The notes under the pieces were generated by a model. That model had not been told where the DNA came from. It did no database searches and saw only the letters and a program-made list of their open reading frames with translations. From an uncultured Actinomycetota bacterium (GTDB lineage: Bacteria > Actinomycetota > UBA4738 > HRBIN12), in NCBI GenBank assembly GCA_963788925.1, contig CAWBIH010000004.1, forward strand, positions 5,679 through 69,678: a DNA stretch of 64,000 nucleotides. Reading direction: 5' to 3'. This document shows, in pieces, positions 30,387 through 41,108 of this stretch; the first letter of the stretch is position 1; every line of letters begins with the position of its first letter. A program made the position numbers and the translations under genes.

Positions 30387-31394
30387 GTGAGCCGCCGTGT
30401 CATCCCCGGCCTCGAGTCTCCCGACCCCGTCCTGGAGTCGGAGATCCGGACGCGGCTGGATCGTGTCGAGGAGGCGCTCCGCAAAGCGCTCGAAGAGGCG
30501 AACTCCGAGCTTCTTTCCGCCACCGCCAACTACCTGCTCGCGGCCGGCGGCAAGCGGTTCCGCCCGATGCTGGCGCTCCTGTCCGGCTACTTCGGCGACC
30601 CGACCGACCCTCGCTTGATCCCCGCGTCGGTGTCGCTCGAGCTCGTCCACGTGGCGACCCTGTACCACGACGACGTGATCGACGAGGCGGAGTCGCGTCA
30701 CGGCGTGCCCGCCGCGAACGTCCGATGGGACAACACGGTGGCGATCCTCACCGGGGACTATCTGTTCGCCCGCGCATCGGAGGTCGGCGCCGACCTCGGT
30801 CCCGATGTCTGCCGCATCCTCGCGCAGACGATCGCCGTGCTCTGCGACGGCCAGATCCGGGAGGTGGACGCCTCTCGGCGGCTCGACCAGACCGAGGACA
30901 ACTACATCGAGGTGATCCGCCGCAAGACCGGCGCACTGATCGCCACGTCATGCCGGCTGGGGGCGATGATGGCCGACGCCCCCGCCGAGCACGTCGACAT
31001 CCTCGATGACTTCGGCGAATCGCTCGGTCTCGCCTTCCAGCTCTCGGACGACATCATGGACCTCACCTCGAGCCAGCTCGAGCTGGGCAAGGAGCCGGGT
31101 GTCGACCTGAAGGAGGGCGTGTACACGCTGCCCGTCCTTCATGCGCTCGAGACCTCCCCGCATCGCGACGAGCTGGCCCGGATCCTGTCCACGGGCGTGC
31201 ACGGCGAGCTCCTCGACCGCGCGCTCGAGATCGTCGCGGACGGCGACTCGATCGAGCACGCTCGGAAGGCCGTCCGCGACGAGGTCGGGCGCGCGGTCAC
31301 CCTCGTCGAACGGCTCCCGAGGGGCCCTGCCCAGCACGCATTGGTGCAGCTCGCACGGTTCCTTTCGGCGCGCTGTGGAGCGGATGGAGTCTGA
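30387..31394 (+). CDS. long-chain polyprenyl diphosphate synthase (grcC1/hepT-like, quinone side chain)
   Basis: ORF 30387-31394. Contains LYHDDVIDEAESRHG and FQLSDDIMD. Confidence 0.85.
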   Translation: MSRRVIPGLESPDPVLESEIRTRLDRVEEALRKALEEANSELLSATANYLLAAGGKRFRPMLALLSGYFGDPTDPRLIPASVSLELVHVATLYHDDVIDEAESRHGVPAANVRWDNTVAILTGDYLFARASEVGADLGPDVCRILAQTIAVLCDGQIREVDASRRLDQTEDNYIEVIRRKTGALIATSCRLGAMMADAPAEHVDILDDFGESLGLAFQLSDDIMDLTSSQLELGKEPGVDLKEGVYTLPVLHALETSPHRDELARILSTGVHGELLDRALEIVADGDSIEHARKAVRDEVGRAVTLVERLPRGPAQHALVQLARFLSARCGADGV

Positions 31395-31415
31395 TGGAGG
31401 GCGCCCGAAGGGATC

Positions 31416-31817
31416 ATGCTAGGATCCGCGCTCGGGAAGACTTTCACAAGCGTGCCTGACTACTACTCGTCCTACGGTGTCGTGCTGGCGGTCGTGGCCG
31501 CCGGAGCTATCCTCGTCGCGGTGGCGTTCACCGCCGCCCGCCTGATCGCTCCCCACCGACCCAGCCCGGCCAAGCTCACGACCTATGAATGCGGGATCGA
31601 TCCGGTCGGCGAGGGCTGGTCGCAGAGCCAGATCCGCTATTACGTCTTCGGCTTCCTCTTCGTGATCTTCGACGTCGAGGCCGTGTTCCTCTTCCCGTGG
31701 GCGCGCGTCTTCGAGAGCCTCGGCTGGGCCGCGGTGGTCGAGATGGGCATCTTCATCGGGATCCTCGCCACCGGGCTGCTCTACGCCTGGCGCAAGGGGG
31801 TCGTCCGATGGGCCTGA
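31416..31817 (+). CDS. nuoA: NADH-quinone oxidoreductase subunit A, second copy (nuoA2); true start may be GTG 31452
   Basis: ORF 31416-31817. Contains YECGIDP and [12 protein letters not shown]. Confidence 0.9.
   Translation: MLGSALGKTFTSVPDYYSSYGVVLAVVAAGAILVAVAFTAARLIAPHRPSPAKLTTYECGIDPVGEGWSQSQIRYYVFGFLFVIFDVEAVFLFPWARVFESLGWAAVVEMGIFIGILATGLLYAWRKGVVRWA
31420..31450 (+). promoter_or_regulatory. extended -10 element (TGcTAGGAT) followed by the Rex-operator-like palindrome CTCGGGAAGACTTTCACAAG
   Basis: The operator lies at 31431-31450 and its right arm TTCACAA is exact. The TGCTAGGNT-plus-operator layout is the same as at 14577-14603. An in-frame GTG at 31452 follows directly. Confidence 0.5.
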
Positions 31818-32314
31818 TCACCGAGAAGACCCCGCTCCCCAAGATCCAGCCGGTGAAGTTCCTGCTCAACTGGGGCCGCCGGTACTCCCTGTGGGTCATG
31901 AACTTCGGCCTCGCGTGCTGCGCGATCGAGTTGATCGCGACCTCGACCTCCAAGCACGACTTCATCCGCCTGGGCGTCATCCCGTTCGCCCACGGCCCGC
32001 GCCAGGCGGATCTCCTCGTCGTGGCAGGGACCCTGACCGACAAGATGGCGCCCGCTCTCAAGCGCGTCTACGACCAGATCCCCGACCCGAAGTACGTGAT
32101 CTCGTTCGGGTCCTGCTCCAACTGCGGCGGCCCCTACTGGGACTCCTACTCCGTGACCAAGGGCGTCGACCAGATCGTGCCCGTCGACGTCTACGTGCCC
32201 GGTTGCCCGCCCCGCCCGGAGGCCCTGCTGCACGGCATCGTGAAGCTGCAGGAGAAGATCAAGGACGAGGACATCCAGGAGAAGTGGGCGAGTGGCCACA
32301 GCGCTAGCTCCTGA
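31808..32314 (+). CDS. nuoB: NADH-quinone oxidoreductase subunit B, second copy (nuoB2)
   Basis: ATG 31808. Contains [18 protein letters not shown] and PGCPPRP. Confidence 0.9.
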   Translation: MGLITEKTPLPKIQPVKFLLNWGRRYSLWVMNFGLACCAIELIATSTSKHDFIRLGVIPFAHGPRQADLLVVAGTLTDKMAPALKRVYDQIPDPKYVISFGSCSNCGGPYWDSYSVTKGVDQIVPVDVYVPGCPPRPEALLHGIVKLQEKIKDEDIQEKWASGHSASS

Positions 32315-32813
32315 GGACGTCGAGTCGCGCCTGCGGGCGCGGTTCGGCGATGACATCCTCGCCTTCGAGGTGCAGCACGGCCATCCGGTGGCGACCGTCA
32401 GCACGGAGCGCTACCGCGACGTCTGCCGGTTCCTGCGGGACGAGCCCGAGTTCGACTGCGTCTATTGCGACTTCACGGCCGGCGTCGACTTCGGCCCGGA
32501 GCGGGGGTTCGAGGTCGTCACGCACCTGTACTCGCTCACCCACCGTCACAACGTGCGCCTCAAGGTGCAGCTGACGCACGAGGATCCGACCTGCCCGACG
32601 GTGTCGGACCTGTTCCCGACGTCGGACTGGCACGAGCGTGAGACGCGAGAGATGTTCGGGATCCGCTTCGAGGGGCATCCGAAGCCGGTGAAGCTCCTGC
32701 TCTCCGAGCCGTTCGAGGGACAGCCGCTGCGCAAGGACTTCCCGTTGATGAGTCGCGAGGCGAAGCCGTGGCCGGGCCTCGTCGAAGGGGAGCCCGAGGA
32801 GGACGAGGAGTGA
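32292..32813 (+). CDS. nuoC: NADH-quinone oxidoreductase subunit C, second copy (nuoC2, 173 aa, not fused to D)
   Basis: ORF 32292-32813. Contains [23 protein letters not shown]. Confidence 0.85.
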   Translation: MATALAPEDVESRLRARFGDDILAFEVQHGHPVATVSTERYRDVCRFLRDEPEFDCVYCDFTAGVDFGPERGFEVVTHLYSLTHRHNVRLKVQLTHEDPTCPTVSDLFPTSDWHERETREMFGIRFEGHPKPVKLLLSEPFEGQPLRKDFPLMSREAKPWPGLVEGEPEEDEE

Positions 32814-33819
32814 TCCTCGCCGAGACGGGCGTCTCGATCGCCGAGGACGTGTTCTCGAACTTCTGGCTCGTCCTGTTGCTGAAGACGATCGCCGTGATGG
32901 GGTTCTTCCTCGTGGTTCCGCTCGGGGTCGGCTACATCGAGCACAAGGGCCTCGCCCACATGCAGGCGCGGCTCGGACCGATGGAGGCGGGCCGGTTCCA
33001 CGGATGGGCCCAGCTCGTGGCCGACGGGGTCAAGTTCATCCAGAAGGAGGACATCGTTCCCGGCCGCCGCCGACCGCAACGTGTTCTCGCTCGCGCCCGC
33101 GGTAGCGATGATCCCGTACATCGCGATCCTGGTGGTCCTGCCGCTCGGGGAACACGGTGTTCGCGGAGAACCTCGACGTCGGCATCTTCTTCGTGCTGGC
33201 GATGTCCAGCGTCTCCGTGATCGGGATCATGATGGCCGGCTGGTCCTCGGCGAACAAGTTCTCGCTGATCGGCGCGCTCCGTGCGGCCGCGCAGCTGATC
33301 GCCTACGAACTCCCGCTCGTGATCGCCGCGGCCGCGGTCGTGATGCAGGCCGGGACGCTCTCGATGGTGGGCATCGCCGAGGCGCAGCAGAACCTCTGGT
33401 TCATCATCCCGCAGCTGCCGGGGTTCCTGATCTTCATGATGGCGGCGTTCGCCGAGCTGCAGCGGCCGCCCTTCGACATGCCCATCGCCGACTCCGAGAT
33501 CATCTTCGGCGCCTACACCGAGTACACGGGCCTGAAGTTCGCCTTCTTCCTGCTCGCCGAGTACGGCGGGATCGTGGCGTTCTCCGGGATCGCCGCGGTC
33601 CTCTACCTGGGCGGGTACCAGCCGTTGCCCGGCATCCCGATCCCGGGCGTGCTGATGATGATGGGCAAGATCGGCGCGCTGGCCTTCTTGTTCATCTGGC
33701 TGCGGGCGACCTACCCGCGCCTGCGTGAGGACCAACTCCAGCGCTTCTCCTGGCTGGTGCTCATCCCCCTGTCCCTGGCCCTCATCATGGGCGTGGCCGT
33801 GGCGAAGGTGGCGTTCTAG
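32810..33819 (+). CDS. nuoH: NADH-quinone oxidoreductase subunit H, second copy (nuoH2); two frame breaks (about 33062-33066 and about 33147-33156)
   Basis: GTG 32810 (GTGA overlap with nuoC2). The product is pieced from three frames: ...HMQARLGPMEAGRFHGWAQLVADGVKFIQKEDIVPG / AADRNVFSLAPAVAMIPYIAILVVLPLG / TVFAENLDVGIFFVLAMSS...ELQRPPFDMPIADSEIIFGAYTEYTG. Confidence 0.85.
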
Positions 33820-34323
33820 GTGGCCGAGCAGAAGCGGAAGCGGGGGACCGGTCTCGGGCTCGCGAAGGGCCTCTCGGTGACGCTGAAGACGATGCTCCAG
33901 CCGGCCGTCACGCAGCAGTACCCGCGGGTGAAGCCCGATCTCCCCGCGCGGACGCGCGGGGTGATCGCGCTCAAGGAGGCCAACTGCACCGTCTGCTACA
34001 AGTGCTCGCGCGAGTGCCCGGACTGGTGCATCTACATCGATGCCCACAAGGAGACGCACGACCCGGCGAGCGGCGGTCGCGCTCGCTCCCAGAAGGTCCT
34101 CGACCGGTTCGCGATCGACTACGCCCTCTGCATGTACTGCGGGATCTGCGTCGAGGTCTGCCCCTTCGATGCGTTGTTCTGGAGCCCGGAGTTCGAATAC
34201 GGCGAGTACGACATCGACCTGATGACCCATGAGAAGGAGCGGCTCGAAGACTGGACCTACACCGTCCTGCCGCCCCCCGCTCTGGAAGAGGGTGCGGAGC
34301 CCGCGGAGGAACAGGCTTCGTGA
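33820..34323 (+). CDS. nuoI: NADH-quinone oxidoreductase subunit I, second copy (nuoI2)
   Basis: Contains [12 protein letters not shown] and [12 protein letters not shown]. Confidence 0.9.
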   Translation: MAEQKRKRGTGLGLAKGLSVTLKTMLQPAVTQQYPRVKPDLPARTRGVIALKEANCTVCYKCSRECPDWCIYIDAHKETHDPASGGRARSQKVLDRFAIDYALCMYCGICVEVCPFDALFWSPEFEYGEYDIDLMTHEKERLEDWTYTVLPPPALEEGAEPAEEQAS

Positions 34324-34820
34324 CGGCCCAGGAATACGCGTTCGCCGTGATCGCCGCGGTGGGCTCGATCAGTGCGATCGCCGTCGTGACGGCGCGGAAC
34401 GTGGTGCATGCGGCTCTCTACCTCGTGGTCGCGCTCCTGTCGGTCGGCGCGACGTTCCTGCTCCTCGGGGCGGAGTTCGCCGGCTGGGTGCAGATCTTGA
34501 TCTACGTCGGCGCCATCGTGATCCTGTTCCTCTTCGGACTGATGCTCACGAAGGCCCCGATCGGCAGGGACACCCTCGACAACAACCGCCGGTGGCTCGG
34601 AGCGCTCGTCGCCATCGGTGTCTTCGCGGGTCTCGTCTTCCTGATCCAGGAGGCGTTCCCGTTCGACTCCGAGCAGTTCGAGGTCTTCCGATCGACCACC
34701 CAGGGCGTGGGGGAATCGATGTTCCGTGACTACGTGCTCCCGTTCGAGGCGATCTCGTTCCTGCTGCTCGCAGCCTTGATCGGTGCCATCGTGCTCGCCC
34801 GCAAGGACGAGGGGAACTGA
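34320..34820 (+). CDS. nuoJ: NADH-quinone oxidoreductase subunit J, second copy (nuoJ2)
   Basis: Contains [23 protein letters not shown] and [16 protein letters not shown]. Confidence 0.9.
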   Translation: MTAQEYAFAVIAAVGSISAIAVVTARNVVHAALYLVVALLSVGATFLLLGAEFAGWVQILIYVGAIVILFLFGLMLTKAPIGRDTLDNNRRWLGALVAIGVFAGLVFLIQEAFPFDSEQFEVFRSTTQGVGESMFRDYVLPFEAISFLLLAALIGAIVLARKDEGN

Positions 34821-34821
34821 C

Positions 34822-35124
34822 GTGATCCGGCTTCCCTTCGTGCTCGTGTTCTCGACGCTGCTCTTCTCGACGGGCGTCTACGGGGTCCTCGCCCGCAGGA
34901 ACGCCGTCATGGTCCTGATGTCGATCGAGCTCATGCTGAACGCGGTGAACGTGAACTTCATCGCGTTCTCGTCGTCGTTGCACGACGTGGGAGGCCAGAT
35001 CTTCGCCCTGTTCATCATCGCCGTCGCGGCAGCCGAGGTGGGGATCGGGCTCGCGATCGTGATCCTGCTGTTCCGGAACCGGGCGTCGATCAACGTGGAC
35101 GAGGTGAACCTCCTCAAGTGGTAG
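34822..35124 (+). CDS. nuoK: NADH-quinone oxidoreductase subunit K, second copy (nuoK2)
   Basis: GTG 34822. Contains [14 protein letters not shown] and [11 protein letters not shown]. Confidence 0.9.
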   Translation: MIRLPFVLVFSTLLFSTGVYGVLARRNAVMVLMSIELMLNAVNVNFIAFSSSLHDVGGQIFALFIIAVAAAEVGIGLAIVILLFRNRASINVDEVNLLKW

Positions 35125-37088
35125 CGGCCGAGGTAACGACGACCGCTTCCGGCGCCATCCAGTACGCGTGGGTGATCGCGCTGCTCCCGTTCGTCGCGGC
35201 GGCCCTGACGCTGTTCTTCGGGAAGCGCACGCCGGGACAGGGCGCGGTGTACGGGATCACCGCCCTCGCCGTCGGCTTCGTGATGGCGCTCGCCGTGCTC
35301 TGGCACTTCGTGACGGGGGGAGGAGCCTACGCACCGGAGGGCATCGAGTGGTTCACGATCGGGCCACTGCATCTCGAGGTGGGCCAGTTCGTCGACGGCC
35401 TCACCGCGGTGATGCTCGTCGTCGTCACCGCGGTGTCGCTCGCGGTCCACGTCTACTCCCTCGGCTACATGCACGGGGACGTCCGGTTCACCTGGTTCTA
35501 CGTCGTGTTGTCCCTCTTCACCGGCGCGATGCTCACGGTGGTGGTCGCCAACAACCTGCTGATGCTGCTGGTCGGCTGGGAGATCATGGGCGTCTGCTCG
35601 TACCTGCTGATCGGCCACTGGTACGAGGAGCACGAGAACTCGAGCGCGGCGATCAAGGCGTTCATCACCACGCGCGTCGGCGACGTGCCGTTCATGTTCG
35701 GGATCTTCGCGCTGATCTTCGCCACCGGTTTCACGACCACGAACATCGCCGAGATCGGCGAGACGATCGCGAAGCCGGGAGTCTCGTCCGCCCTCGTCAC
35801 GGCGGCTGCCCTGCTCCTGTTCGGAGGGGCGATCGGGAAGTCCGCTCAGTTCCCCCTCCACGTGTGGCTTCCGGACGCGATGGCGGGGCCGACTCCGGTC
35901 TCGGCGCTGATCCATGCCGCCACGATGGTGGCCGCTGGGGTCTATCTGGTCGGGCGGATGTTCGAGGTCTTCGTGCACGCCGACCCGTTCGTCCTGACGA
36001 TCGTGAGCGTGATCGCCGCGATCACGACGCTAGGCGCCGCGTTCCTCGCGCTCGTGCAGGACGACATCAAGCGGGTCCTCGCGTACTCGACGCTCTCGCA
36101 GCTCGCGTACATGGTGGCCGGCCTGTCGCTCGGGCCGGAGGGCGTTTCCGCCGGTTTCTTCCATCTGTTCACGCACGCGTTCTTCAAGGCTCTGCTCTTC
36201 CTCGGCGCCGGCTCGGTGATCCATGCGGTCCATTCGAACAACATGAGCGACATGGGTGGCCTCAAGGACGAGATGCCCGTCACGTTCTGGACGTTCCTCA
36301 TCGGCTCCGCGGCGCTCGCCGGCGTGTTCCCGCTCGCCGGTTTCTGGTCGAAGGACGAGCTCCTCGTGGGGGCCTGGGAGCACAACCAGTGGCTGTTCTT
36401 CGTCCTGCTCGCGGTTGCGGTGATGACGGCGTTCTACATGACCCGGTGCGTCCTGCTGACGTTCTTCGGCACCTATCGGGGCACCGCGCACCCGCACGAA
36501 TCGCCGCCCGTGATGACCGGCCCACTCGTGGGGCTCGCGGGCGCGTCGGTCGTCGCGGGCTTCCTGGGCGCTCCACAGCTCGGGGCCGTCTTCGGGGACT
36601 GGGTGTTCTTCGAGCATCCGCACGAGGCGAGCTTCGTCTTCTGGGTGGCCCTCGTCGGCACGATCGCGGCCGCCGCGGGGATCCTGATCGGCTACCCGCT
36701 GTACCGGGAACGCCGCGAGCGGGATCCGCTCATGGCGTTCCCCCATGCCTGGAACCTGCTGCAGCACCGCTACTACATCGACGACTTCTACATGAAGGGC
36801 ATCGTCTATCCGATCCGCGATCAGGTCTCCGCCGCCGTGTACTGGACGAACCAGCACGTCCTGGACGGAGCGGTGAACGGCGCCGCGTGGGTGACGCGCG
36901 GGCTGGCGACGTTCATCAGTTGGATCGATCGCACCTTCGTCGACGGCCTCGTGAACGCCGTCGGCGGCCTGACCGGTGCGACGGGGGGCCTGCTCAAGTA
37001 TCTGCAGACCGGCAACGTGCAGTGGTATGCGGTCGTACTGTTCGTCGGCGTCGTGGCGTTGACCATCGTGTTCGTCCAGATCGCGTGA
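35118..37088 (+). CDS. nuoL: NADH-quinone oxidoreductase subunit L, second copy (nuoL2)
   Basis: Contains [15 protein letters not shown] and [32 protein letters not shown]. Confidence 0.95.
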   Translation: MVAAEVTTTASGAIQYAWVIALLPFVAAALTLFFGKRTPGQGAVYGITALAVGFVMALAVLWHFVTGGGAYAPEGIEWFTIGPLHLEVGQFVDGLTAVMLVVVTAVSLAVHVYSLGYMHGDVRFTWFYVVLSLFTGAMLTVVVANNLLMLLVGWEIMGVCSYLLIGHWYEEHENSSAAIKAFITTRVGDVPFMFGIFALIFATGFTTTNIAEIGETIAKPGVSSALVTAAALLLFGGAIGKSAQFPLHVWLPDAMAGPTPVSALIHAATMVAAGVYLVGRMFEVFVHADPFVLTIVSVIAAITTLGAAFLALVQDDIKRVLAYSTLSQLAYMVAGLSLGPEGVSAGFFHLFTHAFFKALLFLGAGSVIHAVHSNNMSDMGGLKDEMPVTFWTFLIGSAALAGVFPLAGFWSKDELLVGAWEHNQWLFFVLLAVAVMTAFYMTRCVLLTFFGTYRGTAHPHESPPVMTGPLVGLAGASVVAGFLGAPQLGAVFGDWVFFEHPHEASFVFWVALVGTIAAAAGILIGYPLYRERRERDPLMAFPHAWNLLQHRYYIDDFYMKGIVYPIRDQVSAAVYWTNQHVLDGAVNGAAWVTRGLATFISWIDRTFVDGLVNAVGGLTGATGGLLKYLQTGNVQWYAVVLFVGVVALTIVFVQIA

Positions 37089-37098
37089 GGAGTGTGAG

Positions 37099-38640
37099 AT
37101 GACCTGGGAGAGCTCGGCGATCACGATCACCACCCTGCTACCGATCCTCGGCGCACTGGTGATCCTCCTCGTGCCGAAGGACCGCGAACGGATGGTGCGC
37201 GGCCTCGGCATCCTGTTCACCGGCGCGGCACTGGTGCTGTCGGTCGCGATCGCGATCGGTTTCGACTATGGGACCGACGGGCTCCAGTACGAGCTCGACG
37301 TGAACTGGATCTCCGCGATCGGGGCCCGGTACCACGTGGGCATCGACGGGATCTCGATGGCGCTGTACGTGCTGACCTTCCTGCTCTCGTTCCTGTGCGC
37401 CGTCTACACGTGGCGCTTCGTTCCGGAGCCGGGCCGCACCAAGGCGTTCCTGGCGTTGATGTTGCTGCTCGAGACCGGGATGGCCGGCACGTTCATCGCC
37501 TTCGACCTGATCTTGTTCTTCGTCTTCTGGGAGATGGTGCTGGTCCCGATGTACTTCCTGATCGGGATCTGGGGGTCGGCGAACCGCGAGTACGCCGCGA
37601 TCAAGTTCTTCCTCTACACGCTGTTCGGCTCCGTGTTCATGCTGTTGGGGTTCCTGGCCCTCTACTTCAACGGACCGGACCCGCAGACGTTCGACCTGGT
37701 GAAGCTCACCGAGTTCGGGGCGAGCGGCGGGTACGCCCACACCTTCCAGCTGATCGTGTTCGGGGCGATCGCCCTCGGGTTCGCGATCAAGGTCCCGATG
37801 TGGCCGTTCCACACGTGGTTGCCCGACGCGCACACGGAGGCGCCCACGATCGGATCCGTGCTGCTTGCGGGGATCATGCTGAAGATGGGCACGTACGGCT
37901 TCATCAGGATCGCGCTGCCCGTGCTTCCCGAAGGCGCGCAGGCGTACGCGCCATGGATCGGGGTCCTCGCGGCCATCGCGATCGTCTACGCCGCGCTGGC
38001 GTGTCTCGCGCAACGGGACTTGAAACGGCTGATCGCGTTCTCCTCCGTCGGACACATGGGCTTCGTGATGCTCGGCATCGCCACGCTCACCGAGATCGGG
38101 ATCCAGGCGGCCCTGTTCGGCATGGTCGCCCACGGCCTGATCACCGGCATGCTCTTCTTCTGCGTCGGCTCGATCTACGACCGGTACCACACGAGGCAGA
38201 TATCGGAGATCGGCGGTGGGATGGCCCAGCGGATGCCGAAGCTGGCGGGCGTGTTCGCGTTCGTGGCCATCGCCTCCCTCGGGCTGCCGGGGCTGGCCGG
38301 ATTCTGGGGCGAGGTGATGGCCCTCCTCTCGTCGTTCCGGCCGAACGAGGTGCTCCTCGGTGAGCACGTCGGACTGTTCCGGGGCCTCATGGTGGCCGGC
38401 GGGATCGGGACGATCCTCACGGCCGGCTATTTCCTGTGGATGCTGCAGCGCGTGAACATGGGCACGATGCCCGAACGCTGGAACGAACACGCGCTGAGCG
38501 ACATGAACACCATCGAATGGGCGTCGTGGACGCCGCTGCTGGTGTTGATCCTCGCGCTCGGCCTGTTCCCGCGCCTGATCTTCGGCATCAGTCAGGAGGC
38601 CGTGAGCGGCATCATGGCCGTCCTGGGGCAGGGAGGCTGA
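37099..38640 (+). CDS. nuoM: NADH-quinone oxidoreductase subunit M, second copy (nuoM2)
   Basis: Contains FWEMVLVPMYFLIGIWG and WPFHTWLPDAHTEAPTIGS. Confidence 0.95.
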   Translation: MTWESSAITITTLLPILGALVILLVPKDRERMVRGLGILFTGAALVLSVAIAIGFDYGTDGLQYELDVNWISAIGARYHVGIDGISMALYVLTFLLSFLCAVYTWRFVPEPGRTKAFLALMLLLETGMAGTFIAFDLILFFVFWEMVLVPMYFLIGIWGSANREYAAIKFFLYTLFGSVFMLLGFLALYFNGPDPQTFDLVKLTEFGASGGYAHTFQLIVFGAIALGFAIKVPMWPFHTWLPDAHTEAPTIGSVLLAGIMLKMGTYGFIRIALPVLPEGAQAYAPWIGVLAAIAIVYAALACLAQRDLKRLIAFSSVGHMGFVMLGIATLTEIGIQAALFGMVAHGLITGMLFFCVGSIYDRYHTRQISEIGGGMAQRMPKLAGVFAFVAIASLGLPGLAGFWGEVMALLSSFRPNEVLLGEHVGLFRGLMVAGGIGTILTAGYFLWMLQRVNMGTMPERWNEHALSDMNTIEWASWTPLLVLILALGLFPRLIFGISQEAVSGIMAVLGQGG

Positions 38641-38647
38641 CCTCTTC

Positions 38648-40108
38648 GTGAGCGTTGACTACCACGCGATCCTGCCCGAGCTGATCCTCGCGGGGACGAT
38701 CATGCTCGTCCTGGTCGTCGACCTGTTCCTGCCGGCCCGCCTCAAGTGGGGTTCGATGCCGATCGGACTGCTCGGCGTCCTGGGGTCGCTCGTCGCCGTG
38801 CTCACGCTGCTGGGGGACGAACGCGCCACCTTCGGTGGTGCGTTCGTCGTCGACAACTTCGCCGTGTTGTTCAAGGTCTTCTTCCTCGCGGCGGCGGTGA
38901 TCGTCCTCGCGGTCTCGCGTCGGTACTTCGACCAGCCCGGCTACTACCAGGGCGAGTACTACTTCCTCCTCCTCACGTCGTTCCTCGGCTGCCTGTTGAT
39001 GCCGTCCTCGCGCGACCTCTTGATGCTGTTCATCTCGCTCGAGCTCGTCTCGGCGCCGGGGTTCCTGATGGCGGCGTTCCGCAAGTGGGACGTGACCGGG
39101 GTCGAGGGCGGCCTGAAGTTCTTCCTGATCGGCGTGCTGTCGACGGCCGTGATGCTGTTCGGGATGAGCTTGATCTACGGACTCACCGGGGGAGAGACGA
39201 GGCTCGACGCGATCGCCTCCGCCCTCGCCACGCTCGATCCCTCCCAGGAGGCGATGGCGCTCGCGTCGATCTTGTTCATCGTGGTCGGCTTCGCCTTCAA
39301 GGTCTCCGCGTTCCCCTTCCAGTTCTGGGCACCCGACACGTACGAGGGCGCGCCGGTCCCGGTCGCGGCGTTCCTGGCGGTGGCCTCCAAAGCGGCCGGC
39401 TTCGCAGGGCTGCTGCAGCTGATGTTCGTGGCGTTCATCGGACAGCACGAGTTCTGGGTGCCGATCTTCGCGTTCCTGTCGATCGCCACGATGACGATCG
39501 GGAACCTCGTGGCGCTGCAGCAGCGGCAGTTCGTCCGGCTGCTCGCGTACTCGGGGATCGCCCAGGCGGGGTACATCCTCTTGCCGTTCGCCCTGGTGAC
39601 GAACGACCAAGTCGTGAACCAGCAGGCGTTCGCTGCATCGACCGCCTACATCTTGATCTACGGCATCATGAACCTGGGCGCGTTCGCGGTCGGGGTCGCG
39701 CTCAGCAAGCGGAGCCCGAGGCTCCTGCTCTCCGACTTCGCCGGGGTCGCCCGGATCGCCCCGTTCCTCGCGGTGGGGATGACCCTGTTCTTGGTGTCGC
39801 TGGCGGGCGTGCCTCCGGCCGCCGGGTTCTGGGCCAAGATCTTGATCTTCGGCGCGGCGATCGCCCGCGGCGGCGTCCTCGGCCCGGTGCTCGCCGCGAT
39901 CATGGTCGTGAACTCGGTGGTGAGCGTCTTCTACTACCTCGCCGTCGCCCGTCAGATGATCTTCCAGCCGGCCGAGGACACCACGCCGTTCCGGACTCCG
40001 GTCCTGGTCGCGGGGGTCGTCGGGCTCTCGATGGCGGCGCTCCTGTTCTTCTTCCTCCTGCCCGGGACCTTCTCGAAGCTCGCGGACATCTCGACGCTCG
40101 TCGGCTGA
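38648..40108 (+). CDS. nuoN: NADH-quinone oxidoreductase subunit N, second copy (nuoN2)
   Basis: Contains LELVSAPGFLM and FPFQFWAPDTYEGAPVPVAAF. Confidence 0.95.
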   Translation: MSVDYHAILPELILAGTIMLVLVVDLFLPARLKWGSMPIGLLGVLGSLVAVLTLLGDERATFGGAFVVDNFAVLFKVFFLAAAVIVLAVSRRYFDQPGYYQGEYYFLLLTSFLGCLLMPSSRDLLMLFISLELVSAPGFLMAAFRKWDVTGVEGGLKFFLIGVLSTAVMLFGMSLIYGLTGGETRLDAIASALATLDPSQEAMALASILFIVVGFAFKVSAFPFQFWAPDTYEGAPVPVAAFLAVASKAAGFAGLLQLMFVAFIGQHEFWVPIFAFLSIATMTIGNLVALQQRQFVRLLAYSGIAQAGYILLPFALVTNDQVVNQQAFAASTAYILIYGIMNLGAFAVGVALSKRSPRLLLSDFAGVARIAPFLAVGMTLFLVSLAGVPPAAGFWAKILIFGAAIARGGVLGPVLAAIMVVNSVVSVFYYLAVARQMIFQPAEDTTPFRTPVLVAGVVGLSMAALLFFFLLPGTFSKLADISTLVG

Positions 40109-40210
40109 ACCGGCGTCCTCCGTTCGAACGAAAGAGCTGTGAGACCATTGTCGTGAGGGGCGTTTCGACCGCCCGAGGCGGGGATCGACCCCCATAAGGA
40201 GGAATGAAGC

Positions 40211-41101
40211 ATGGCACCGGGGATCAACCGGCTGAAGACCTGGGTCCTGATCGCGGCGATGGGCGGCCTGTTCGTCGTCGTCGGGCAGCTGCTCGGCGGC
40301 ACGAACGGAGCGACGATCGCGCTGGTCCTGGCGGTGGTCTTCAACTTCTCGATGTACTGGTTCTCCGACAAGATCGCGATCGCGACCACGCGCTCCAAGC
40401 CCGTGACCGAGCAGGAGATGCCCGACTACTACCGGATCGTGCGGGAGCTCACGAACGAGCAGCGCTTGCCGATGCCCAAGCTGTTCGTCTCCGAGATGCA
40501 GCAGCCGAACGCATTCGCGACGGGGCGGAACCCCGAGCACGCCTCGGTGGCCGTGACCCGGGGGATCCTCCAGATCCTCGACGAGCGTGAGCTCCGCGGC
40601 GTCCTCGCCCACGAGCTGTCGCACGTGGCCAACCGCGACATCCTGATCTCCTCGATCGCCGCCGCGATCGGCATGAGCATCACGTTCCTGGCGCGGTTCG
40701 CGTTCTTCTTCGGGGGCAACGACGAGCGCGGCGGCAGTGGCCTCTCGCTCCTCCTCGCGTGGATCCTCGCGCCGATCGCCGCGATATTGATCCAGATGGC
40801 CGTCACGCGTTCTCGCGAGTACCAGGCCGACGAGTCCGGCGCGTTCCTCTCCAAGGACCCCGACGCCCTGGCGAGCGCACTGCTCAAGCTCGAACAGGCT
40901 TCGAAGCAGGTGCCCCCGCTCGCGACCGTGAGCCCGGCCGAGGCGCACATGTTCATCGTCAACCCGATGAACGCCCTTCAGGCGCGCGGCAGGGGCGGGA
41001 TCTCGAGCCTGTTCAGGACCCACCCGCCGACCGAGGCTCGCGTCGAGCGCCTCCGGGCGATCGCCAGCGAGCTTCGCGGCGAGCGCGGCCCGATCGGCTA
41101 G
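40211..41101 (+). CDS. htpX: zinc metalloprotease HtpX
   Basis: ORF 40211-41101 with an AAGGAGG Shine-Dalgarno. Contains the HELSH zinc motif, TM helices and a typical N-terminus (RLKTWVLIAAMGGLF). Confidence 0.9.
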   Translation: MAPGINRLKTWVLIAAMGGLFVVVGQLLGGTNGATIALVLAVVFNFSMYWFSDKIAIATTRSKPVTEQEMPDYYRIVRELTNEQRLPMPKLFVSEMQQPNAFATGRNPEHASVAVTRGILQILDERELRGVLAHELSHVANRDILISSIAAAIGMSITFLARFAFFFGGNDERGGSGLSLLLAWILAPIAAILIQMAVTRSREYQADESGAFLSKDPDALASALLKLEQASKQVPPLATVSPAEAHMFIVNPMNALQARGRGGISSLFRTHPPTEARVERLRAIASELRGERGPIG

Positions 41102-41108
41102 CGCCTGG

